A DNA stretch of 64,000 nucleotides, from contig OX597829.1 of assembly GCA_951406725.2 (NCBI GenBank), forward strand, positions 48,360,001 through 48,424,000. Reading direction: 5' to 3'. Source of the stretch: Octopus vulgaris. Its lineage: Eukaryota. This document shows positions 24,104 through 37,424 of the stretch, in pieces. The first letter of the stretch is position 1; each line of letters opens with the position of its first letter. A model generated the notes under the pieces. The model saw nothing but the letters and a program-made list of their open reading frames with translations, ran no database searches and was not told the origin of the DNA. The translations under genes and the position numbers were made by a program.

Positions 24104-27080
24104 AGAAATTAATCTGATTAAATAAGGATGAATAGTCTTATTCCATCATGACCATCAATCCTTCCATGGGCATGGATGTATATTTAAAACGCTTGCTTCC
24201 CAGGTTTTTGGGTTCAGTTCCACTGCAAAGCTCCTTTGGCAAGTGTCTTCCACTTTAGCTCTAGGCTGACCACTACATGTGAGTGGATTTTGTTGATGGT
24301 AAAGAAGTCCATCGTGTGTGTGTGTGTGTATGTATGTATGTGATTGTATTTTCCTCCACCACCACTTGACAACTGGTGTTAGTTTATGTCCCAGTAACTT
24401 ATGTTTGGCAAAAGAAACTGATAAAGTATTATGCATTAGGCTTAAAGATGTCCCGGAGTTGATTTGTTCAACTAAACCCTTCACAGGAGTGCCCCAATAC
24501 GCTCCAATAACAGACGGGTAAAAGATAGTTTATCAAGGACTACTTGATGCAGTGTACCTTTTTTAATGATTGGTGATTTGAATGAGATTTGACTATGATT
24601 TGTAGCAGTTCAAGTGCTCTATTTCTCACAATTTCTACAACTGTAGCCATGCCTGTGCCTATATATCTTACTGTTGTTCATCATTAGTGTGTGTGTGTGA
24701 TTTTTTTTTTCCAAATAGGTTTGTCTAGAAACGGTAGGTAGTATACTCATTGCTACCAACCCAATTAAGACTGCCTTTGTTTCAATAATACATATTCCTT
24801 GTTTCAAAGTAACCTAAATTAAAACCTTTCAGAATTTCATGTTAATATGTTTCCCAAACACCAGGTTAATAACGATAAAGTTATTTTACTAAATTCTTCA
24901 CTTTCAAAATTAATTGAATCAAAGGCAATGGATTTCAAAAGAAACATTGTAAGAACAGGGTTTAAAGCGATCTACTTAGAAAGCTTCCTTCAAAATTTCA
25001 TGTTACTGTTCCAAAACACCAGTTTAATAGTGAGTTATTTTACTAAATTATTCTATATTTTCAAAATTAATGAAAGAAACAGCTGCAGTGTATTTCAACA
25101 GAATTATGTTAATGAGAAGGTTAAGGGTATCCCTCTGAGAATGGTAAGGATGGCACAGCCTATATCTAAGAAAAAAAGAAAAAAACATCCAGAGTGAGCA
25201 GAATCTGAATGTATACAATGGAAGGAACTCTAACAATGGCAGGGCATCCATGACAACTCTCCCATAGCAGTTTCTATTGTGTGTGTGTTGTTCAAGAATT
25301 TAAGAAGTTTGCTTCCACAATCATGACCACAAATATTGGTATCCTATCTTGGCACAAGGCCAAGAAGTCTGAACGAGGGGCTAAGTCAATTACATTGACC
25401 CGCAGGGCTCAACTGGTACTTATTTTATCAACCCCTAGAAGATGACTGGCAAGGTTGACCTCAGCAGAATTCGAACTCAGAATGTAAAGACAGATGATAT
25501 ACTGATAAACATTTTGCTCAACATGTTAATCACCACAAATATTGAGTCGTATATGTGCTCACATCTACAAGTGAGTTTAGCAGACTCTAATCTTTAGTCA
25601 GCAATATACATTGAGGCAGCGAGGGAGCCTCTACATCACTGCTAGATTCACTAGAAATAACTGCCTAATCTCATGTCACACCCTATCGTTTTAAGCAAGA
25701 CCTTATAGGGGAAATTTAGCTGCTATTTGAAAATGTCTTTGGTCATAGGTCTTCTGAGTGGGTGTGAGACATTTTGGTTCAGCTGTTTTGGTACCACTTA
25801 TTTGGTGGTGTTGATCCAATGCTGACATATTTGGTATCAGATGTATCAATGTTTCTCGCATTCCATTCCTCGCCCTTCTGTTTATGCATCTAGTTAGGTT
25901 TGTATGTTTGTGTAATCTCTCTCTTTCTCTCTCTCTGTCTTTATCCCATTTTCTCTCACTCTGTATGTGTGTATTACTCTGTTTATGTCTGTCTGTCTGC
26001 ACGTGTATGTTTGTGTATATTTACCACTAGTGCCAAAACAGGTTGGATGTCCAGTCAGCTGTGTAAATTCATCAGTGTCCAAACACCTGTACCCAGTTGT
26101 TTCATCCGACATCTGAGTTGGCCAGGATCTAAACCGCAGCAAGACATACTATCGCACATTATTTTTTCACTAAGTTAGGCCTGTGAACTAGTACAATCAT
26201 TAGCCAGCCAAACCAAATTCTTAGCACTATTTCTCCAGGCGCTTTGCTCTGGGTTCAAATTCTGCCAAGATCTCTGCTTTCATCTTTTCAAGGTTGATAA
26301 AGTATCAATTGAATAATAGGATTGATGCAATTGGGTTACACACATCATCATCATTTAGCATCTGTTGTCCATGCTGGCATGGGTTGGATGGTTTGACCAG
26401 GCCTAGCAAGCTTGAAGGCTGCACCAAACTCCAGTCTGATTTGGCCTGGTTTTCTATGGCTGGATGCCCTTCCTAATGCCAGCCATTCCAGAAGTGTAAT
26501 GGGTGTTTTTACGTGCCACCGGCCATTTGGGTGCCATTTGCATGACACCAGTATCTGCCACAACTGTGATTTTACTTGGCTTGATAGGTTTTCTTCTCAA
26601 GCATTACATAATGCCGAAAGTTTCAGTCATTACCTCTGTGAGGCCCGATGCTCGAAAGGTGCTTTTTATATGCCACCGGCACCCTCCTTTAAAATTGCCG
26701 GTCTTGTAACCAAAATTTGGAAAAGATGGTGAGCTGGCAGAATTGTTACAATACTTAGTGGCAGGTCTGCTGGCTTTATGGTTGGAGTTCAAATTCTGTC
26801 GGGATCAACTTCACCTTTCTTCCTTTCAAGGTCAATAAGTACCTGTCTCAATTACTATGACTAGCCCCTCTCCACGAAATGCTGGGCCTGTGTCTATTGT
26901 AGAAAGGATTATTTCTTAAGTTAAGCTGCTTACTAACGACCATTCATTTACCTGTCTTCTGTGTTGTATACTCTTTGAATGATATCCTGTCAAGGTACAC
27001 CATAATCAGGCAGTCTCCAGTCTGGAGTGCTTGTGTTCCTAGGGTAACGACAAAGTGGAAAATATGTATACTTTATCCTA

Positions 27081-28441
27081 TCATTTAGTATTGAGATTAT
27101 CCTGTCAAATGTAATCCTTATTTATTCACATTGTTTTGAATTAATCATACAATATCTCATAGCTTCAAGACTTTGACAATGTGATTGTTTAGCTGTTGAA
27201 AAGTCATTGCCTGGTAGGCCAGAACTGGCCAAATTTGGCCAAACAGAATATTTAGAATATGGCCAGTTTAAATGCTAAAGGATTAACTCTTTAGCATTCA
27301 GATTATCCAGTCAAATGCAATGTTTATTTCTTCACATTGTTTTCAATTAATTATGTATTATCTCTTAGCTTTGAGACTGTGATGATGTAATTGGTTAGCT
27401 TTAGAAAGACCTTACCTAGCTGACCAGAACTGACCAGATTTGACCAGTTAGAACATCAAACAGAATATTTAGGATATGGCTAGTTTAAATGCTAAAGGAT
27501 CAACTCTTTAATATTCAGATTATCCAGTCAAATGTAATCCTTATTTATTCACATTGTTTTCAGTTAATTATATATTATCTCTTAGCTTTGAGACTGCAAT
27601 GATGTGATTGTTTAGCTGTAGAAAAGACATTGTCTGGTAGGCCAGATCTGGCCAGTTTGAACATAAAACAGACCAAATAGGATATGGTCAGTTTAAATGA
27701 TAAAGTGTCAACCCTCTAATATTCAGATTACTCTTGTCAAATGTAATGCTTATTTTGTTCACGTTGTGTTGAGTTAATAATGCATTATGACACAGCTTTG
27801 AGATTTCAATGAAATCCTTGTTTCTTTTTAGAACAACATTGAACTGTAGGTGTTGAGGGACAGTACCTGACCTGTTTGAACATAAAAAATGTAGAATATT
27901 TGGGCCAGGCATATGGTCAGTTTAAATGTTAAGGAGTTAACCCTTTAGTGTTCTGATTATTCTATCAAACATAATGCTTATTGATTCCCATTGATTTGAA
28001 TTAATCATGCATTATCTCATATCCTCAAGATCGTGATGGTGTAATTACTTAATGTAGAATAACATTGTAGGGTAGGTGCGAGAGCCTGGATCTGGTTAGT
28101 TTGAACATAAAACAGATTAAATATTTTGGCCGGATATGGCCGGTTTAAATACTAAAGGGTTAATGTGCACATTAGATGTACAATCTTGAAATAAACCATC
28201 AGATTATTATTTCTGTATTAAATCTTTAGTTCTCTGATTAATCTGTCAAATGTAATGCTTATTTATTTACCTTGTTTGGAATTGACTATGTATTATCTTG
28301 TAGCTTTGAGATTTTGATGTGATTGCTTATATTTAGAATGACATTGTAAAGGAGGTGTGATAGGCTGAATCTGGCCAGTTTGAAATTAAAATGAGTAGAA
28401 TATTTGGGCCAGATATTACTGGTTTAAATAATGTTGAATGG
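27081..28441. mobile_element. stack of six piggyBac-like family D MITEs
   Basis: Copies start at ~27081, 27287, 27504, 27712, 27941 and 28222. The first five are joined by single TTAA/TCAA tetramers. Confidence 0.88.
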
Positions 28442-28679
28442 TTAAATCAAATTTCAGAATAAAATTAGTAATTAACCTGAAAAAAAACAACAATACTAGC
28501 AAAGTACTAGGGGGTGGATTAGATGTAATATTCCTATAAAAGCATTCTGGCCATGCTGGGACTCTGCTTTTGAAAAATTTAGTTTAGCAAATCGACTCTA
28601 GTACATATTGGTATTTTATTTGAGGTATTTACAATTTTGTATTGATATTGCATGTGATGGATAAATTGAGGAGTTTAAC

Positions 28680-28977
28680 ATTTATGTTTGTTCCTTCTTG
28701 AGCCTTGCCTGGCTCATAAGGGCCGGTTTCCCGGTTTCCTTGGCATATAGGTTCCCCACCTGGACGGGATGCTGGTCCGTCGCAGGTGAGCTGCAAGATG
28801 CAGGAGGAAAGAGTGGGAGAAAGTTGTGGTAAAAGAGTCAGAAGTTCACCATTACCTTCTGCTGGAGCCACATGAAGCTTAGGTGTTTCACTCATAAACA
28901 CATACACATCGCCTGGTCTGAGATTCGAACCAGCGATCCCTCAACCGCGAGTCCGCTGCTCTAACCACTAGGCCATG
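28680..28977 (-). mobile_element. tRNA-derived SINE with V-domain-like core
   Basis: On minus: head TGGCCTAGTGGTTAGAGC…GGTTCGAATC, then CCTGCGACGGACCAGCATCCCGTCCAGG, recalled as V-SINE-like. Confidence 0.75.
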
Positions 28978-29035
28978 TTATAAATCTGTACATAAAGATA
29001 TCTTTGGCCTGATGAGTAGATAATATATCACCCCA

Positions 29036-29236
29036 CTGTTTGGGTAATTGCTACATCTGAGGTTTTGAAACATATGTAGCCTGGATTTTTTCTACTCCAT
29101 TCCCTAAATTTGAGTTTTTTATTCACATACACAGCAACCCCTGTTGCTAACCACGAACTATAGAATAACTTTTTTCGGCTTATTGAGGTTTGATTAGAGA
29201 AAAACTTATTTTATGTCAAAAAACCACTATTGTTCC
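29036..29236. repeat. dispersed repeat, inverted copy at 63570-63790
   Basis: Shared TGTAGCCTGGATTTT…CTACTCCATTCCCTAAATTT…TATTCACATACACAGCAACCCCTGTTGCTAAC. Class not resolved. Confidence 0.75.
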
Positions 29237-29548
29237 TGAAAGTTGCCTCTTATATCTTCTATGGACTGCTCGAAGCTAGTTAACTTCCTGTGCCCTGATC
29301 CTTAGATCTTGCCTCTACATATTACTTATGATATCTTTATGAGAGGTAATGGTGTCATTGAAACCCAAAGGTAGGTAATGCTGAATAAGTGCTATAGATA
29401 GACGTTAGTTAAGTTCCAGGTTCGGTGATTATGCGAATAAGGGGTTCAACGTTGGTCATATGTCAGTGTGTGTATATAAAAATATTTTCTTTTCTAATGA
29501 GATAAAAAAAACCAAGGCTGTGTAGATTTTAGAACATTTATAGATAGG

Positions 29549-29594
29549 TCTTACAGCTGTTTCCAGGATATTTATTGTATCCCTTCATCGGAGA
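29549..29594 (-). ncRNA. relic minimal (Penelope-type) hammerhead ribozyme
   Basis: On minus: TCT-CCGATGAA-GGGATA…TATCCT-G-GAAAC-AGCT-GTA-AGA. Palindromic stem III ACAGCTGT, one core substitution (CUGA>CCGA). Confidence 0.55.
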
Positions 29595-31302
29595 TGGTGT
29601 GAGAGGATGGTTAAGTAATAGTTAATTTAGATAAGATACAAAGTAGAGAGTGAGGTGGAGGAAAGAAAACAGATGTGTGATATGTAGGGATGTTGTATTT
29701 GTAGATCCATTTTTTTAGGCAGAATGGTATACATATAAGATTCCAATACCTAATGAGTAAAATCCAATAGTATTTAAAATTAGTCATTCCATGTATAGAG
29801 TTTATACAGTGTTATTGAATCAAGGGTTTTATTTAAAGTGACCTAAAAATAGGGAGTGTATTAGTAGGGTCAAATCGAAAGCAAATTATTATATCAAAAG
29901 TGTTCTTGTGCATTATTTATTACTTTTGTAGTCCCTAAAATGCTATTTCCTTATCTCTGTTGAGTCTCTGAGTCAGTCTAATACCCCCCTCCCACCTCCT
30001 GTCAGTTTGACAGTGCACACCTGAACTTGCTTCCCAGCCCCCCACTGATAGCATTACATTTCTCAGTCATGGGGTGGGCGGTAGAGAGAGATTGATTAAA
30101 GCAGTCCAGGTAGTAGCTGCAGAAGAGGGTTAATGAATGAAAGCGTCACGCTCCAGTGGTTATGGAAATCAAACAAAATGGGTGGTGGGCGAGGTGGCGG
30201 TGGATTGTCTGAACAATGGAAGTGTCAAGGCAGGCTCTGCTTTCAAAACTCATCAATAACATGATTTCTATTGTGACAATCTTTTCACCTTTTAACTCCA
30301 ATCTATGACTCATCGAGGATCAAATTAAACAACTTGTAGGTTGTTTCTAAAATCCTCACCTGACCCCCCCACACATCACTCAAAAATTATTTAATTGAAC
30401 AGTGTTGTTGTTGTTGGTGGTGGTGGTGGTGGTGGCTGGCAGTTGGACTATGAGAAAGTGTTTGACTCCCAGACTCCACAAAATTCATTAATGATTACAT
30501 TTTGTTGTGCAAGTTTTTTTCTTTTCTTTTTTTTTTTTTTGGCTTTTGCTAAGTCAGCAGGAAGGATAGGGCCCAAGGCTTTTTAGGCACAGGCATGATT
30601 TGATCCCAGTACTTATTTTTTTTCTTCTTAATGCTAAACCTGGTACTTATTTTCTTGGGGTGTTCACATACCCATAAAGAGTCCAATGCCAGTTGTCAAG
30701 GAGTAGTGGGGGACAAACACAGACATTGCCACACACACACAAGATGGACTTCCAGTTTCTGTCTACCAAATCCACTCAAAAGGCTCTGGTCAGCCTCAAG
30801 GCTATAGTAGAAGACACTTATCTAAGGTGCCATGCAGTGGAACTGAACTCAGAACCATGTGGTTAGAAAGCAAGCTTCTTACCACACAGCTATGCTTGTG
30901 CCTTTAGCATAAAGTATTAATTTCATTATCCAGCAGTATGTTTGTTGTTTGATATTTTTATTTTATTTTCTTTTTTGTAAATGGAGAGTTTATCAGCGAT
31001 TTAAGTAAGTCCTGCCAGTTTTCGCAGGAAGGGAAACCCTGGAAGAGACATCATCTTGCAGAAATGATGTTGCTAATGATTGATGGTGAAAATTTTTTGA
31101 CAGAAGTAGGGCACATATGTATCATGGACAATTTAGTGAAAATAGATTATGAGAATCCCAGTTGAAGTTGGGTGTTTATGATAGGGAGGAAGGCGATGAA
31201 TGTGACTTGGCATGAGTTTTCATTCACACAGTTGTTAATTGTAGATATGTGTGTGTTTTTGGATATCAGGAGCTAGGGTTGAGTGGAGCTAAACTTGTAT
31301 AT

Positions 31303-31714
31303 ATTTCTTTATTGCCCACAAGGGGCTAAACATAGAGGGGACAAACAAGGACAGACAAAGGGATTAAGTCGATTACATCAACCCCAGTGCGAAACTGGTA
31401 CTTTATCTATCGACCCCGAAAGGATGAAAGGCAAAGTCGACCTCAGCGGAATTTGAACTCAGAACGTAACGACAGACGAAATACCTATTTCTTTACTATC
31501 CACAATGGGCTAAACACAGAGGGGACAAACAAGGACAGACATAGGTATTAAGTCGATTACATCGACCCCAGTACGAAACTGGTACTTTATCTATCGACCC
31601 CGAAAGGATGAAAGGCAAAGTCGACCTCGGCGGAATTTGAACTCAGAACGTAACGACAGACGAAATACCGCTAAGCAATTCGCCCGGCGTGCTTAACGTT
31701 TCTGCCAGCTCGCC
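31303..31714 (-). mobile_element. dimeric SINE family A with perfect 15-bp TSD
   Basis: TSD GCTAAACTTGTATAT (31288-31302, 31715-31729). Same monomer junction as 23685-24103. Confidence 0.92.
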
Positions 31715-32460
31715 GCTAAACTTGTATATCGTTTGTTTACCTAACACAAAGGTCAGGCATGATAGAACAGGATTTATAATCAAAGATATTCCAGTTATGA
31801 CCATCTCATCTTTCATTCAACCATAATATGTCTTGGACTACATCATCCAATGTAAGCTGTCTTCGTCAAAATTGACTTTGGTTAAACAAGAACAAATGAC
31901 AGAGTAGACCTATGGTTAAAAACATTTCCGCTGTGACCAGCCCATCTTTCACTCAACTGTAATATATCTTGGATTTCATTATCCAATGTAGACTTCCTTT
32001 GTTGCTGTTTAGCTCATGATTGACTCAGAGATGTTATCAAAGGTCATTTCATTTATGACCATCCTATATTTTATTAAACTATGATGTATCCAAAACATCA
32101 CTTAATGTATCCTTTATTGTTTTTAACCATGAGATTTAGCCTGATTGAGCAGATCACTCGGCAGTTCAAAGACGCTCCAACTTTTTTTCTTTTTTTTATA
32201 AATATACCTAAGAATAAACTATCCAGTGTGTGTGTGTCCTTTTTTCAGATGTCAGTGTGATTTCAAGCCTACTTGGGTGTTATTTCTAACTATAAATAAA
32301 CTCCCTTTTTGGCCCATTTGTTAATGGCATTATCATTAACCAAAAATGATAGACTGGTAGAAACTATAGCAAAGTGCTTAATTAACTTTTTAATTTCTGC
32401 TATACCCCTTAGCACAAGTGTCCATAATACTTGTTATTTCTCTAAGTACCAGTTGTATCT

Positions 32461-33035
32461 TTTCTTTTCTTTAGATGCTATATCAAGAATGTATGACAAA
32501 GGCGATCATGTCCTGCCAAAATTCTCTGTTCTTTGTCTTCTGTAACAGTTCCACTTATTGGTGTCTGTCTCTTTCTTCCAACAAGTTCATCAAGCTTGAC
32601 ATCTGCATCATCTTTCTCTTTCCTCTGCTTCTTTTTCTTTCAGTCCTTCAAGTCATTGATAAATTCTCCAGGCACTCTTTCCTCATCACACGATCAAGAA
32701 GAAATCTGTGACTTGGCCCTTATCTCACAAAACAGTTTCCTATTTACCACAGCCCCTGTCATCATGATCAAGAAGAAATCTGTGACTTGGCCCTTATCTC
32801 ACAAAACAGTTTCCTATTTACCACAGCCCCTGTCATCATGATCAAGAAGAAATCTGTGACTTGGCCCTTATCTCACAAAGCAGTCTCCTATTTACCACAG
32901 CCCCTGTCATCATGATCAAGAAGAAATCTGTGACTTGGCCCTTATCTCACAAAGCAGTCTCCTATTTACCACAGCCCCTGTCATCACTTCTTCATTAAGC
33001 ACTTTGTCCTTGGTATCCCTATGTTTTCCTTAAGG
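32461..33035 (-). mobile_element. RTE LINE 3' fragment (second family), degenerate
   Basis: Minus-strand translation …DKVLNEEVM…VMRKECLENLSMT*RTERKRSRGK…ELLQKTKNREFWQDMIAFV, followed by an A-rich tail. Confidence 0.75.
32684..32987. repeat. 74-bp tandem repeat, 4 copies, inside the RTE fragment
   Basis: Units start at 32684, 32760, 32834 and 32908. Confidence 0.95.
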
Positions 33036-33397
33036 ACCAGTTGCATACTGTCTCAATTAAACCAACCATACCCTCATCATCATAATTTAATGTCCAGCTT
33101 CCATGCTGGCATGGATTGGCCAGTTTGACAAGATCTGAAAGTAGCAGGGCTGTATAATGCAAAATGCCTATTTTGGTATGAGTTCTATGGTTTGGTGCTC
33201 TTTCTGATACCAACCACTTTACAGTCTGTATTGGGTGCTTTATTTATTTATATATTTTTTTCTTAGCACCAATGCTAGTGATGATCACTATTGATATTTT
33301 GCGTATCTGAAAGGTAGCAAGTTGGCAGAATCACTAATGTACTGGGTAAAATGCCTTCTGGTATTTCATCCCTCCATACATTCTGAGTTCATATTCT

Positions 33398-33794
33398 CTT
33401 TCTCTTTTACTTGTTTCAGTCATTTGACTGCGGCCATGCTGGAGCACCGCCTTTAGTCGAGCAAATCGACCCCGGGACTTATTCTTTGTAAGCCCAGTAC
33501 TTATTCTATCGGTCTCTTTTTGCCGAACCGCTAAGTGACGGGGACGTAAACACACCAGCATCGGTTGTCAAGCAATGCTAGGGGAACAAACACAGACACA
33601 CAAACACACATACATATATATACATATATACGACAGGCTTCTTTCAGTTTCCGTCTACCAAATCCACTCACAAGGCATTGGTCGGCCCGGGGCTATAGCA
33701 GAAGACACTTGCCCGAGATACCACGCAGTGGGACTGAACCCGGAACCATGAGGTTGGTTAGCAAGCTACTTACCACACAGCCACTCCTGCGCCT
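33398..33794 (-). mobile_element. full-length young SINE family B inserted in an older SINE A (33312-33925)
   Basis: Head GGCGCAGGAGTGGCTGTGTGGTAAG and B-box GGTTCAGTCCC on minus. TATTCT is duplicated at both flanks. Confidence 0.92.
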
Positions 33795-34400
33795 ATTCTG
33801 TTGAGGTTGATTTTACCTTTCATCCTTTTGGGGTCCATAAAAGAAGTACTAGCTCAACACTGGGACTGATGTAATTGACTGTCCTCTTCCCAAAATGTCA
33901 GGGCTTGTGCCTATTATAGAAAGGGATTTTGTGCATGTTTGACAAAAGGAGTGTCTTGGCTTAACAGAATCATTGGAGCTTTGGCAACACCAAAAATATT
34001 TTGAGGTATTCAGTTATGTCTTTAAACACTTTGACCTTGTCGTGCTGTGTCCCTAGTATAGCCAAAATGTAATCTCTACTGGATTCTCATTAAAACGGTA
34101 ATTAACAACACATGTAGAAAAAGACAAAATACTAAAATTAGTCAAGTGATCGTGTTGCAGCTTTGTAATCATTTGACTCAAATACGGTAGTTGAGAGATA
34201 AGCCTATTAATGTTACTCTGCTGAATTTCTTTGTGATTCTGTCCATTAGTTTGCCTGCAGTCATTACTCTTAAGCTGTATGTGCAACTATTTATTTTTGC
34301 ACAGGAGCCCAGGTGGAGGGTAAAGTTTGACACAGGGGCCCAGATATTAGAGGGTTAAGTTCAAATCTCACCAAGGTCGACTTTGCATTTTATCTTTTAA

Positions 34401-34620
34401 TCCTTTAGTGTTTAAACCGGCCATATCCGGCCCAAATAAATCTACCTGTTTTCTGTTAAAACTGCCCAGATTTGGTATCTCACACCAACCTATAATGTCA
34501 ATCTAAAAACAGGTGATAACATCATCGAAATCTTAAAGCTACGAAATAATGCATGATTAGCTTAAAACAATATGGATGAATAAATATTATAGTTGACAGA
34601 ATAATCTGAATGCTAAAGGG
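34401..34620. mobile_element. piggyBac-like MITE family D
   Basis: TTAA|TCCTTTAG…CTAAAGGG|TTAA. Confidence 0.88.
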
Positions 34621-34671
34621 TTAAGGAACAGTTAGGTGGCAGTTAAGTACTGAGTTTGATATATTCCACTA

Positions 34672-35980
34672 CAGAGGTTCTCAGCCATTTTCTACCTGTG
34701 GACCCCACCCATAACCATTGGATGTTTAAAAGCTAGTTTCATAGATGTTTCCTTCAAAATCCCTATTTGTTTTTCACACCTTCAATTGGTGAGTTCTATC
34801 ACAAACCTACTCGAGAGAACATATATTAGTGGCTGGAAATATGTTGAACTATGTAAAATGTTAAAGAAACCTAGCTGTTTCTTGCTATACATACCAATAT
34901 ATACACCTAAAGCAGGGGTTCTCAACCGTTTTTTTTATCTATAGACCCCTTTGATTATTATTTTATTCTGGTGAATCCCCATAGCTACCTGAAGTTTCAA
35001 AATTAGTTTTATAGAAACTTCTTTCAAAATTCCTATTTTGCTTTCTTGCAATGCATACATCTAAAGCAGGGGTTCTCAACTATTTTTTTAATCTATGAAC
35101 CCCTTTGATTATTATTTTCCCCACATTAACTTGTGTAGCTTGAGCTATGTAAAATGTTAGAGAAATAAAGCTAGCTATGTCTTGCAGTATTACCAATACA
35201 AACATCTGGTAGCATGTGGAAAGTTCCCTCCGAGTGTTGGGCCTCATGGAGGCAATGACCGAGACCTTTGGCATTATGCCGTTCTTGAAAAGGTGGTCCA
35301 TGAAGCCAAGTAAAGTCGCAGTCTTGGTAGATACCTATTTCTTTATTACCCACAAGGGGCTAAACACAGAGGGGACAAACAAGGACAGACATAGGTATTA
35401 AGTCGATTACATCGACCCCAGTGCGTAACTGGTGCTTAATTTATCGACCCCGAAAGGATGAAAGGCAAAGTCGACCTCGGCGGAATTTTAACTCACAACG
35501 TAATGCAGATGAAATACCGCTAAGCATTTCGCCCGGTGTGCTAACGTTTCTGCCAGCTCACCGCCTTGGTAGATACCAGTCACGTGTAAAAGCACCCATT
35601 ACACTCTCTTGAAGTGGTAGGTGTTAGGAAGGGCATCCAGCTGTAGGCACTATGCCAAATCAGACTGGAGTCTAGTGCAGCCTTCCAGCTTGCCAGCTTT
35701 GGTCAAACTGTCCAACATGCCAGCATGGACAACGGACGCTAAATGATGGACCCCTTTAATTATTATTTTCCCCACATTAACTTATGTAGGTTGATCTGTG
35801 TAAAATGTTAGAGAAAGAACCCTAGCTGTTTCTTGAAAAATATTTGCTTTGTATGTATTTATTGCATGGGCCCCTAAAAACTACTGTGGATCTCCAATTT
35901 AGTGTTTTGCTTGTGTGACACCCGCCAAAATCTTATATGGACCCATAGGTGTCATATGGCTTCCAGTTCAGAACCACCTA
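34672..35980. mobile_element. degenerate hAT-like element(s) with repeated CAGGGGTTCTCAAC starts, containing nested family C and SINE A insertions
   Basis: CAG(A/G)GGTTCTCA at ~34672, 34912 and 35067, and GTTCAGAACCAC at ~35966. Nested SINE A 35336-35564 has TSD CTTGGTAGATACC. Confidence 0.6.
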
Positions 35981-37424
35981 TCTAGTATATCTGTCCACAA
36001 CCAGAGAGAGGAAAAAAGGGATCAGAAGTAGGGTGGGTTGTGTTGGAATCGAAATGTGGTTCTGGTGACAAGTGCTCACAGCTATATTCTATTCTCACCG
36101 AAATTTGTAGTCTGGTATTTATGTTAGAAGTTCAAAGTTTTGAAATGTGATACTGGAGAAATTAGTTCTTGCTAATTATTTATTATTTAGTTGTTGCACT
36201 GAAAGATGATCTTCAAGGTTTCTACTTTTTATTTTTATTTTTTGTTTTTTTTTTGTAGTGGTCTCAGTAATTGGACTGTGGTCATAATGGAGCATCAGTT
36301 TCAAGGGATTTTAATCAACCGTATCACTGCTAGTACTAATTTCAGTTTGATACTTGATTTAGTAATCTATACTTTATCCAATAATTAACGTTATTCTTTT
36401 GATAGAGATATTCTATCTTCTTTCGCTTGTTTGTCATTGAACTGCGACCATGCTGGATTATTACCTTGATTGGCTTGGTTAAACAACTTTATTACTTATT
36501 TTTAAAGTGTGGTACTTATTCTAACCATCGCTTTTGCTGCACTGCTAACTTAGGTGAACATAAACAAACCATCACTGGTTGGTTTGGAAATTGGTGGGGA
36601 CACACACATACACACACACACACACATATATATTTTCTTTTAATTGTTTGTCATTTGACTGCAGCCATGCTGGAGCGCCACCTTGAAGAATTTTAGGCAA
36701 ACAGATCAATCCCAGGACTTATTATTCTTTGTAAGCCTAGTACTTATTCTGTCAGTATCTTCTGCCAAACTGCTATGTTACAGGAATGTAAACACACCAA
36801 CATTGGTTGTCAAGCAATGATGGGGTGACACACACACATGTATACCTAACAGGTTTCTTGTACATATACATTGATCTTCCACACAGCTTCCATCTACCAA
36901 ATTCCTTCACAAATCATGGTCGGTTTGGTGCTATAGAACACACTTGGTCAAGATGTTGTGTTGTGGGATTGAATCTAAAACAATATGGTTTCAAAGTGAC
37001 TTTCTTGACCACATAGTCATGTCAGCATCTAGATATTCTTTCTTCTTAAAGCTTAGTCACAGGAGAGATGAGTGTTGTGTGACCTTTTCAATGACCTTAC
37101 CACTGGTGAAGAGAGAAGCTGGAAGTAATTCCCAGACCAGATCTGAGTGAACTTTACTAAAGGTACCAGAGTTCCGGAATATGGTGTTAAACCTGGCAGT
37201 GTATTAAGGATATCATCCTAAAGGATCATGAAGGGTAATATCATCTCATAGGCTTTAGGCTTTTATCAATTTGGGTTTTTATGTTAGGTCAACCTATCTT
37301 TGATCTAGATAGCTGAGTGGACAGATAGCTAGGTAGCTAGATTGAGAGATAGATAATTAGATCAACATATAGGCAGATAAGATAGGTGGGCGGGTAGTTA
37401 GATGGATAGATACTCTTTTTTTTT

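Noticed and set aside
24847-25197. 116-aa ORF
   Set aside because: It lies in degenerate family E-like TTAA MITE sequence and has no protein motif.
28900-28977. tRNA-like sequences (also 45612-45685 and SINE A/B heads)
   Set aside because: These are A/B-box heads contiguous with SINE bodies, with no convincing full cloverleaf.
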